DNA of 15,405 nucleotides from a virus (Duplodnaviria; Heunggongvirae; Uroviricota; Caudoviricetes): IMG/VR virus record IMGVR_UViG_2529292906_000015, positions 1 to 15,405 of that record; one strand, 5' to 3'. Shown piece by piece: positions 7,760 to 14,663 of this stretch (position 1 is its first letter; each line of letters starts with the position of its first letter). The notes under the pieces were generated by a model. It saw only the letters and a program-made list of their open reading frames with translations, ran no database searches and was not told where the DNA came from. The position numbers and the translations under genes were made by a program.

Positions 7760-8830
7760 ATGGCTAACGCCTGGCTCAGATTATGGCATGACATGCCAAA
7801 TGACCCTAAGTGGCGAACAATTGCCAGGGTGTCAGGGCAGCCAATTGCAACAGTGATGGCAGTGTATATCCACCTCCTGGTGAGCGCGTCACGAAATGTC
7901 ACGCGAGGTCACATTGATGTCACGACAGAAGATTTGGCAAGTGCGCTCGACGTGACAGAAGAGGTAATTGATTCAATTTTGCAGACGATGCAGGGGCGGG
8001 TACTTGATGGTGATTTAATCACTGGATGGGAAAAACGCCAGGTGCTTAAAGAGGACAACGGCAATATTTCGCAAACCGCAAAATCTCCTGCAGAGCGCAA
8101 GAGGGCGCAGCGAGAGAGGGAAAGAAAGCGGGAACAAAATGGCGATTGTCACGGCGCGTCACGAAATGTCACGCACATGTCACGACGAGTCACGACAGAT
8201 AAAGATACAGATAAAGATACAGATCAAGAAGATCAAAACACTATGGTCCATGGCGTAAAAAACGCCACGAACCAGGCAGGGGATGTTCAGACCGTCAATC
8301 CTGGTCAGCCAGCAGGCACGACACCGGAAGCCGATTCAGCGTATGCGCTGAAAGCCGATTCGGGCGCTGTGCAGCAGGTGATGACCGCAAGGCCGGAGCA
8401 ATCACACCAACTGCAGCAGCCCGAAGCCGATTCCGCCATTCAGCGGGAAGCCGATCGGGTAGTCCCGGAAAACACCGGGCAGTCTGTGGGACGAGTGGAT
8501 TATCCGGATGTGTTCGAACAGGTCTGGCGGGAGTACCCGTTGCGTGCCGGAGCAAACCCGAAGAAATCCGCTTTCAGTGCCTGGAAGGCCAGATTACGCG
8601 AGGGGGTGCCACCAGAGGCCATGCTGGATGGCGTGAGGCGTTACGCAAGATACTTGGCGGCTACCGGGAAAACGGGAACGGAATTTGTTCAGCGAGCGAC
8701 GACGTTTTTTGGACCGGACCGGAATTTTGAGAACCCCTGGTTGCTCCCGGTAAGCGGCACGAACAACCAGCGTTGTGTGAATCATATTTCTGAACCGGAT
8801 AACGAAATTCCGCCGGGCTTCAGGGGGTAA
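7760..8830 (+). CDS. Replication initiator / replisome-organiser protein (lambda O-like role), about 356 aa
   Basis: Position matches a phage O gene. Conserved N-terminus WLRLWHDMPNDPKWRTIARVSG is typical of prophage replication proteins. Iteron arrays lie inside the coding sequence, as in lambda O. The track start at 7754 is a GTG; the ATG at 7760 is more likely. Confidence 0.6.
   Translation: MANAWLRLWHDMPNDPKWRTIARVSGQPIATVMAVYIHLLVSASRNVTRGHIDVTTEDLASALDVTEEVIDSILQTMQGRVLDGDLITGWEKRQVLKEDNGNISQTAKSPAERKRAQRERERKREQNGDCHGASRNVTHMSRRVTTDKDTDKDTDQEDQNTMVHGVKNATNQAGDVQTVNPGQPAGTTPEADSAYALKADSGAVQQVMTARPEQSHQLQQPEADSAIQREADRVVPENTGQSVGRVDYPDVFEQVWREYPLRAGANPKKSAFSAWKARLREGVPPEAMLDGVRRYARYLAATGKTGTEFVQRATTFFGPDRNFENPWLLPVSGTNNQRCVNHISEPDNEIPPGFRG
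7884..8245. repeat. Iteron arrays plus AT-rich tandem repeat inside the initiator gene: candidate origin of replication
   Basis: GTCACG motifs at about 10-bp spacing in two clusters (starting 7888, 7898, 7919 and 8148, 8158, 8168, 8179, 8189). A 21-bp exact duplicate GCGCGTCACGAAATGTCACGC occurs at 7884..7904 and 8154..8174. Directly after the second cluster is a tandem 12-mer GATAAAGATACA x2 (8198..8221) within an AT-rich stretch. Confidence 0.55.
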
Positions 8831-8870
8831 GTGTTAATTTCTGGTCATGAGGTAATTTTCAGGAGGGCTT

Positions 8871-9293
8871 GTGGCAAAAGTTTTTACACAAGAAGAGCGG
8901 GAAAAAATTAAAGGGCAGGTTGTTGAACTCGTACGCCAGAGTGGGCGCGAGACGTTACGACAACTGGAAGCTAAAACTGGGGCAACAAGATATCTGATGA
9001 GCGTTCTGGCCAGAGAGCTGGTTGCCAGTGGCGATGTATACAATTCTGGTTACGGGTTATTCCCGTCTGAACAGGCGCGTAAGGACTGGCAAAATGCCCG
9101 TAAAAAGCTCTCAAGGGCAAAGCCGAAGAAACCATCTGCGGTTGATCCGGACCTTATCTGGTCATTACCAGACGGAGAAATACGCCGCTACGACAGGCGC
9201 CTGAATATAATCTGTCGCGAGTGCCGGAAGAGCGAAGCTATGCAGCGTGTACTGGCTTTCTATCAGGGTAATTTTCAGGAGGCGGTACTGTGA
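8871..9293 (+). CDS. Hypothetical phage protein, 140 aa (GTG start)
   Basis: ORF with AGGAGG 6 nt upstream of the GTG at 8871. Sits in the replication module after the initiator but is too small to be, and does not resemble, a DnaC/P-type helicase loader. Function unknown. Confidence 0.5.
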   Translation: MAKVFTQEEREKIKGQVVELVRQSGRETLRQLEAKTGATRYLMSVLARELVASGDVYNSGYGLFPSEQARKDWQNARKKLSRAKPKKPSAVDPDLIWSLPDGEIRRYDRRLNIICRECRKSEAMQRVLAFYQGNFQEAVL

Positions 9294-9707
9294 GTGAAAT
9301 TAGCTATCAGGCTTCAATTGCCGCTGGCATTCGCATCAAAGGAGAGGAGCATGGAAATAAAACCAGAGGATTAGTTAAGCAATATCGTTTTATTTCCGAT
9401 AAAAGAGGATGACCCTCGTAATCAGGTTAATTTTCTTTATGAGCCATCGGAAAGACCATATTGTCATCACGCCTCTGTCCGGGTTGACGAAAAAGAGCGT
9501 CAGGTCCGCTGTAAAATCTGCGGTGCAGTTGTGGAGCCATTTGACTGGATGCTCTCTGTGGCGAAAAGAGAAACCAGACTGGCAGATGATGTAAGGTTAT
9601 TGCTCCAGGAGGAACAGGAAAGGCGGAAAAATATAGAAAAGCTAATTCAGATTGAGCGTAACGCGAAAGCGCGGATACGCAGGGCGACAAAATCAAGAAC
9701 TGAATAA
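9290..9707 (+). pseudogene. Possible frameshifted gene: Cys-rich plus coiled-coil protein split between two frames near an A-run at 9401..9404
   Basis: Frame 2 has AGGAGG then a GTG at 9290 and runs 40 codons to 9412. Frame 3 is open from 9375 to 9707 and encodes a protein-like sequence (YCHHASVRVDEKERQVRCKICGAVVEPFDWML...EQERRKNIEKLIQIERNAKARIRR) with no usable start of its own. Confidence 0.3.
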
Positions 9708-9797
9708 TTAAATTTAGCACTGTTAAAAATTTAATCCTTAACCGGAGGGGGGGCACCCTCAGAACATCAGGAGGCTGTCCGGCAGGGCGGTAGTTAA

Positions 9798-9971
9798 ATG
9801 CGAAAGTTCAAAATAATTATTGAAACGGGAATAGCCGGTGGAGATTTCGAGGATGAATTCGAAGTGGATGATGATGCGACGCCTGATGAAATACATGACG
9901 AAGCAAAAGATATTTTCTTTAACTACTGCAATTACTCATATCACGAAATAAAAGACGAAGAGGAAGAATAA
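9798..9971 (+). CDS. Small highly acidic protein, 57 aa
   Basis: ATG ORF encoding MRKFKIIIETGIAGGDFEDEFEVDDDATPDEIHDEAKDIFFNYCNYSYHEIKDEEEE. Weak ribosome-binding site. Lies at the left edge of the AT-rich insert. Not in the supplied track because it is under 60 aa. Confidence 0.4.
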   Translation: MRKFKIIIETGIAGGDFEDEFEVDDDATPDEIHDEAKDIFFNYCNYSYHEIKDEEEE

Positions 9972-9972
9972 A

Positions 9973-10077
9973 ATGGCTGATTTTGCTTCAACTAAATATA
10001 ACGCCAGTTTTGAAGAATGGCATGAACTGTTAATGGACTATGTAGAGTTACCGCGGTGGAAGCATGACGTGATATGA
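9973..10077 (+). CDS. Small ORF, 34 aa
   Basis: ATG two nt after the previous stop, with GAGGAAG upstream; encodes MADFASTKYNASFEEWHELLMDYVELPRWKHDVI. Coding status uncertain. Confidence 0.3.
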   Translation: MADFASTKYNASFEEWHELLMDYVELPRWKHDVI

Positions 10078-10230
10078 AGTTGCATAAGAAGTTGCTTTCT
10101 TTATCTGGAAATAATATATCCTCTAACGGGAAAGAAATAGAAAATGGTGACTTTAATGAACCCAACCCCCAATAAAAAGAGGTTGGGAATACTATGGTTA
10201 AATTAGAGTAAATATCTTGGATATCTAAAA

Positions 10231-10945
10231 TCAGGTTACTTTTACGCCTATAAAGGTGTAATCATCCATTATGTTTTTCTCAATCCTTTTTCTTAAACTA
10301 CTCGCAAAAGCTGTTGGTGAGAGCATTGTCTTCTCAGAAAACCTTGGTCTGACATCCCAATGCTTATAGGCACCATCAGTCATTGCATAGAGTTGAAGAT
10401 AGCCATTATAAATTAGCTGGCTAATCGGAAAAGACATTAACTCAAAATTCAAATCCGTTGTATTTGATAAAGCATTCGTTAGGACTGAAGATAGCCGTTC
10501 TTTATGATTTCTTAAATTACGTAATTTATGTTCACCAGAATCAAGGAGTTCTTGATATCTCGTTTGATCAGTGGTTAGCTGATTTAGTTTATTGTTTTTA
10601 TTGAAGTATACTCGGCAATCACCGGAATGACCAATTAACACTTCATTTTTTTGATCTGAACAATTGTTAAGGTTGTGGCAGTGCTAATATCTAAATTGTC
10701 AATTTCTTTTTTAGCTGAATGAAATGCACTTTCAATTGAGAAAAAGGAAGTGCCTAGCGTGTGTCTAATGCCACGAATGGCTGCATGAGATGCAAGCATT
10801 GAATGTTCAGAGGAACCAACCCCATCAGCTACTGCAAAGACAATGTTAAAATCGCTATCAAAAGATGGCGGTAAATAAAAGTCTTCATTTTCTTTTTTTG
10901 GGGTTGTTTTAGGCTAAAACATGCCATTTCAATTATGTTCTTCAT
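10231..10945 (-). pseudogene. PP2C-family Ser/Thr protein phosphatase, reading frame broken twice at A7/T7 homopolymers
   Basis: Three consecutive frames on the minus strand together give a PP2C-like protein: MKNIIEMACFSLKQPQKK | ENEDFYLPPSFDSDFNIVFAVADGVGSS... | NEVLIGHSGDCRVYFNK...AMTDG...DDYTFIGVKVT. Frame changes fall in the T-runs 10893..10899 and 10646..10652 (A-runs on the coding strand). GGAGG lies 7 nt before the ATG at 10945, which overlaps the kinase 3' end. Confidence 0.65.
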
Positions 10946-11723
10946 GATTTACCTCCCCCGTCACTTTTAAAAAATCTTCCAGTAACTCCCGTGTGCTTTG
11001 ATATCGTTCTTCAGGCCAATGTGCGCAACATTTTGCAATCAATCTTTTTAATTTTTCACTTCTTTCTGTGGGGTATATATCAGTGATAATTTTACCTGCT
11101 GCAAATATGTCGCTTTGAAAAGAAAAAAGACCGCTATCATGTATTTCGGGCGCTCGATATCCATCTGTGCCCATGTGATTAGGCTTAAATTTTGTTTTGA
11201 TTTCGGCCCGTAAGGTATCTCTGTCTTTTACTAGACCAAAATCAGATATTTTATACTTTCCATCGGCATAATAAAGTATGTTTCCTGGTTTTAAATCACG
11301 ATGTATATAGTTGTTTTCATGTATGGTGATAATTCCTTTTAAAATCTGAGTAACAGCAGACTTCCTCTCCGCGTAATTCATACCATTGCGGATGGCTTCA
11401 TATAAATTACACTCTGCCAATTCCATAACAAAATAAGGTTTATCACCATTTGTATTAAATAAAACTATTGGCGCTATTGAATCATAGTTTATTCTATTGA
11501 GAGTGCATTGTGTTTTGATCTCAACTAAAAAACGCTGTCTTAAATCAGTCAACTCTTTTATAGCGGTCTTGTCAAAGTCCGGGCAAGGTGAAAAGTATTT
11601 GCGAGCATATGTGGTCATGTGGGTCTGGGTTAAGTTATAGACATCAACCTTAAATACTTCGCCAAAACTCCCTTGTCCTAAACTGCGACCATCTTTAAGT
11701 AAATAATTACCGCACCGATCCAC
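10929..11723 (-). CDS. Hanks-type (eukaryotic-like) Ser/Thr protein kinase, 264 aa
   Basis: All core kinase motifs are visible: glycine loop LGQGSFGEV, the lysine in YARKYF, catalytic loop HRDLKPGNIL, DFG in ISDFGLV, and APE in YRAPE. GTG start at 11723 with AAGGGGG upstream. Very AT-rich coding sequence. Confidence 0.85.
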   Translation of the reverse strand: MDRCGNYLLKDGRSLGQGSFGEVFKVDVYNLTQTHMTTYARKYFSPCPDFDKTAIKELTDLRQRFLVEIKTQCTLNRINYDSIAPIVLFNTNGDKPYFVMELAECNLYEAIRNGMNYAERKSAVTQILKGIITIHENNYIHRDLKPGNILYYADGKYKISDFGLVKDRDTLRAEIKTKFKPNHMGTDGYRAPEIHDSGLFSFQSDIFAAGKIITDIYPTERSEKLKRLIAKCCAHWPEERYQSTRELLEDFLKVTGEVNHEEHN

Positions 11724-11961
11724 GGCGCCCCCTTAACTCTCAGTAATGGATTGATAAGACTGGAAAAACATGCATTACCTCCTTTTATACACGTTTGCTA
11801 TTTTTATTGCAATGCCTCACCTGTGGGCACTTAGAAAGGTGAGATTCTGATGAGTCTTTAACTGATTGAATTCGTTCCAATGTGGGAATCCCACATCGGG
11901 AGAACATTACCAATAGGGATAAAAACGATTTGTGGGAAAAGGGGAGTTAAGTAAAATTGCT

Positions 11962-12132
11962 GCGGGTGCTTGAGGCTATCTGCCTCAAGCATGAACACCA
12001 AAGGCAGATAGAGAAAAGCCCCAGTTAACATTATGCGTCCTGCAAGACGCTTAACATTAATCTGAGGCTCAATCTATGAACGGCAAATCTAGGTTAGCCT
12101 CTTACGTGCCGAAAGGCAAGGAGAAGCAGGCT
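11962..12132 (+). promoter_or_regulatory. hok mRNA 5' leader with tac-like stem-loop and an in-frame upstream mok-like start (ATG 12076)
   Basis: GCTTGAGGC-tatct-GCCTCAAGC stem-loop (11967..11989), then GGCAGATAG complementary to CTATCTGCC. Resembles the 5' end of plasmid R1 hok mRNA as I recall it (GCUUGAGGCUUUCUGCCUCA...). Candidate promoter: -10 TAAAAT at 11952..11957. AAGGAG lies 9 nt before the hok ATG. Confidence 0.45.
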
Positions 12133-12288
12133 ATGAAGCAGCAAAAGGCGATGTTAATCGCCCTGATCGTCATCTGTTTAACCGTCATAGTGACGGCACT
12201 GGTAACGAGGAAAGACCTCTGCGAGGTACGAATCCGAACCGGCCAGACGGAGGTCGCTGTCTTCACAGCTTACGAACCTGAGGAGTAA
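12133..12288 (+). CDS. hokD: Hok/Gef-family membrane toxin HokD (RelF), 51 aa
   Basis: Translation MKQQKAMLIALIVICLTVIVTALVTRKDLCEVRIRTGQTEVAVFTAYEPEE matches HokD/RelF as recalled. The track ORF (12076..12288) is the same frame extended 19 codons upstream. Confidence 0.85.
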   Translation: MKQQKAMLIALIVICLTVIVTALVTRKDLCEVRIRTGQTEVAVFTAYEPEE

Positions 12289-12356
12289 GAGACCAGGCGA
12301 GGGAGAAATCCCTCGCCACCTCTGATGAGTCAGGCATCCTCAACGCACCCGCACTT

Positions 12357-12382
12357 AACCCGCTTCGGCGGGTTTTGTTTTT
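12357..12382 (+). terminator. Rho-independent terminator downstream of hokD
   Basis: CCCGC-TTCG-GCGGG hairpin (12359..12372) followed by TTTTGTTTTT (12373..12382). Confidence 0.7.
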
Positions 12383-12454
12383 CCTGGCATTCTGGTTTAC
12401 AATTCGCACGTCAGCCTGAACACCTGACACCTGCTGCGCCAGCAGAGAAAACAG

Positions 12455-12727
12455 ATGGCGCACAAAACCAAATTTCACAATTCTGATACCGACCTTGCCA
12501 TCCGGCATGGGCGGCGTTCACACGCATTTAAAACCGACTGGTACCAACACCCACCATGTACTGAAGAACAGGCCGAATGGCTAATTCATAACTACCGCAG
12601 ACGCGGATACGAGATTAAGAAAGCCCTCAGCCTCGATTATCGTCACTGGATAATCTCCGTCAGGCTTCCTTACTCTGAACGCCCACCGCGTCCGTCCCGC
12701 ACATTCCAGCAACGCATCTGGAGGTAA
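12455..12727 (+). CDS. Hypothetical basic protein, 90 aa
   Basis: ATG ORF between the hokD terminator and the next gene, whose GTG start follows its stop by 1 nt. Weak ribosome-binding site. Function unknown. Confidence 0.4.
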   Translation: MAHKTKFHNSDTDLAIRHGRRSHAFKTDWYQHPPCTEEQAEWLIHNYRRRGYEIKKALSLDYRHWIISVRLPYSERPPRPSRTFQQRIWR

Positions 12728-12728
12728 C

Positions 12729-13556
12729 GTGCGGGTATTACTTCGACCTGTTCTGGTACCGGAACTCGGGCTGGTGATCGTTAAGCCGGGCCGTGAATCC
12801 ATGCCGGTATTCCACAATACCCGGGTACTGGTGGAGCCGGAACCGAAAAGCATGCGTAATCTGCCGTCCGGGGTCGTTCCTGCCGTTCGCCAGCCGCTGG
12901 CGGAGGATAAATCATTACTGCCATTTTTCAGCGACGAACGAGTGATTCGTGCTGCTGGTGGCGCTGGCGCATTGTCTGACTGGTTACTGCGCCATGTTAA
13001 ATCCTGCCAGTGGCCACACGGCGATTATCACCACAGTGAAACCGTCATTCACCGTTATGGTACCGGCGCAATGGTGTTGTGCTGGCACTGCGACAACCAG
13101 CTGCGCGACCAGACCTCCGAATCACTCGGGCAACTTGCTCACCAAAACCTGTTTGCATGGATGATTGACGTCATACGCCATGCAATGAATGGCTCGCAGG
13201 AACGGGAATTATCGCTGGCTGAATTATCCTGGTGGGCGGTCCGCAATCAGGTGGCGGACGCGCTACCGGAAGCGGTATTACGTCGTTCGCTGGGGTTGCG
13301 TGCGGAAAAAATCCGCTCAATGTACCGTGAAAGCGACATCGTACCGGGAGAGCAGACCGCCACCAGCATACTGAAGCAGCGCACAAAAAATCTTGCGCCG
13401 CTGCCTCACGCCCACCAGCAAAACCCGCCACAGGAAAAGACGGTGGTCAGCATTGCCGTTGATCCGGAGTCACCGGCTCAGTATCTCCAGCGCCAGAAAT
13501 CACAACGGGAAGAGATGCCTGTATACACGCGTTGGGTAAAACGCAGAAATGCATGA
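12729..13556 (+). CDS. Nin-region-type phage protein, 275 aa (possibly YdfU-like; family assignment from memory only)
   Basis: GTG start at 12729 with GGAGG 5 to 6 nt upstream. Cys/His-rich central segment (CQWPHGDYHHSE...CWHCDNQ). ATGA overlap with the next gene suggests translational coupling. Confidence 0.55.
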   Translation: MRVLLRPVLVPELGLVIVKPGRESMPVFHNTRVLVEPEPKSMRNLPSGVVPAVRQPLAEDKSLLPFFSDERVIRAAGGAGALSDWLLRHVKSCQWPHGDYHHSETVIHRYGTGAMVLCWHCDNQLRDQTSESLGQLAHQNLFAWMIDVIRHAMNGSQERELSLAELSWWAVRNQVADALPEAVLRRSLGLRAEKIRSMYRESDIVPGEQTATSILKQRTKNLAPLPHAHQQNPPQEKTVVSIAVDPESPAQYLQRQKSQREEMPVYTRWVKRRNA

Positions 13557-13783
13557 CGTGTGGCAATCAGGCAGATGATCCGCATCACATCATTGGTCAT
13601 GGACTGGGAGGGATGGGAACAAAGGCTGATGATTTGTTTGTTATTCCGCTGTGCCGTAAATGCCATAGCGAACTACACGCCGGGGTAAAAGATTTTGAAG
13701 AAAAACACGGCAGCCAGCTGTTGTTGCTGATTCGTTTTTTAATGCACGCGAGAAATTCGGGTGTTTTGAAGTGGAAAGCATAA
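13553..13783 (+). CDS. Small Cys/His-rich protein, 76 aa (possible zinc-binding nin-region protein, YbcO-like position upstream of rusA)
   Basis: ATG at 13553 overlaps the upstream stop. Motifs CMTCGNQ...HHIIGHG...CRKCHSELH. Its stop is immediately followed by the rusA ATG. Confidence 0.5.
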   Translation: MTCGNQADDPHHIIGHGLGGMGTKADDLFVIPLCRKCHSELHAGVKDFEEKHGSQLLLLIRFLMHARNSGVLKWKA

Positions 13784-14164
13784 ATGACTGAACGCATAGA
13801 ATTTGTTTTGCCTTACCCGCCAACGGTGAACACTTACTGGCGTCGTCGTGGCAGCACATATTTTGTATCAAAAGCCGGGGAGCGTTATCGCCGGGCAGTG
13901 GCGCTTATTGTTCGCCAGCAGCGGCTGAAATTAAGCCTGTCCGGAAGGTTGGCAATAAAAATTATTGCAGAACCACCGGATAAGCGCCGCCGTGACCTGG
14001 ACAATATTCTGAAAGCGCCGCTGGATGCGCTGACGCATGCGGGGTTGCTAATGGACGATGAGCAGTTTGATGAAATCAATATCGTTCGTGCTCAGCCAGT
14101 ATCTGGTGGACGTCTGGGGGTGAAGATTTACCCCATAATGCTTGAAGGGCAGGTCAAAAAATGA
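13784..14164 (+). CDS. rusA: RusA-family Holliday junction resolvase, 126 aa
   Basis: Similar to K-12 RusA as recalled: PYPPTVNTYWRRRG vs LPWPPSNNRYYRHNRG; PPDKRRRDLDNILKAPLDALTHAGLLMDDEQ vs [31 protein letters not shown]; GGRL conserved. Confidence 0.85.
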   Translation: MTERIEFVLPYPPTVNTYWRRRGSTYFVSKAGERYRRAVALIVRQQRLKLSLSGRLAIKIIAEPPDKRRRDLDNILKAPLDALTHAGLLMDDEQFDEINIVRAQPVSGGRLGVKIYPIMLEGQVKK

Positions 14165-14661
14165 AACTGGAAGATTTACCGAAATACTACTCCCCAAAAT
14201 CCCCCGGCCTGACTGATGCATCGGCCTCAACGTCGAAAGATGCGCTGAGTATCACTGATGTGATGGCCGCGCAGGGCATGACACAGAATCGGGCTGAGAT
14301 GGGGTTTTCTGCGTTCCTTGGGAAAATGGGCATTAGTATGAATGACAGAGAGCGGGCAACAGAATTGCTGACAGAATATGCACTCAGTCGGTGTGATCGC
14401 GTGGCGGCGTTAAGAAAACTCCCGGCAGAAATAAAACCGGTAGTGATGCGCATTATGGCTTCGTACGCTTTTGAGGATTATGCCCGCAGCGCAGCGAGTA
14501 AAAAGCAGTGCCCTTGTTGCTATGGGGAAAAATTTATTGAAAGCGTAGTTTTTACAAACAAGGTCCAGTATCCGGATGGTAAGCCGCCGGTATGGGCAAA
14601 GTGTACGAAAGGTGTGTATCCGTCTTACTGGGAAGAATGGAAAAAAATCGGGAGGTGGTGA
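14161..14661 (+). CDS. Putative late-gene antiterminator (Q-like, position-based), 166 aa with a Cys cluster
   Basis: Sits between rusA and a candidate late promoter/terminator, which is the position Q occupies in lambdoid phages. Contains CPCCYG...C...C. The family assignment is not established from the sequence. Confidence 0.4.
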   Translation: MKLEDLPKYYSPKSPGLTDASASTSKDALSITDVMAAQGMTQNRAEMGFSAFLGKMGISMNDRERATELLTEYALSRCDRVAALRKLPAEIKPVVMRIMASYAFEDYARSAASKKQCPCCYGEKFIESVVFTNKVQYPDGKPPVWAKCTKGVYPSYWEEWKKIGRW

Positions 14662-14663
14662 AA

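Noticed and set aside
7196-8785. Minus-strand ORFs across the cro-like, YdaT-like and initiator genes (7196..7459, 7345..7626, 7636..7902, 7909..8100, 8295..8555, 8594..8785)
   Set aside because: They are antisense to a contiguous, translationally coupled plus-strand operon; the products are Ser/Pro/Arg-rich. Treated as shadow ORFs.
9409-9756. 61-aa plus-strand ORF (9409..9594) and 109-aa minus-strand ORF (9427..9756)
   Set aside because: Both overlap the frame-3 region that has much more protein-like composition. The 61-aa product is featureless and the minus ORF is antisense. They are probably artefacts of the same frameshifted locus.
10160-10190. Hairpin CCCAACC...GGTTGGG between the small plus-strand ORFs and the phosphatase 3' end, considered as a bidirectional terminator
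   Set aside because: It has a 13-nt loop and no flanking U-tract on either strand, so it is too weak to call a terminator from sequence alone.
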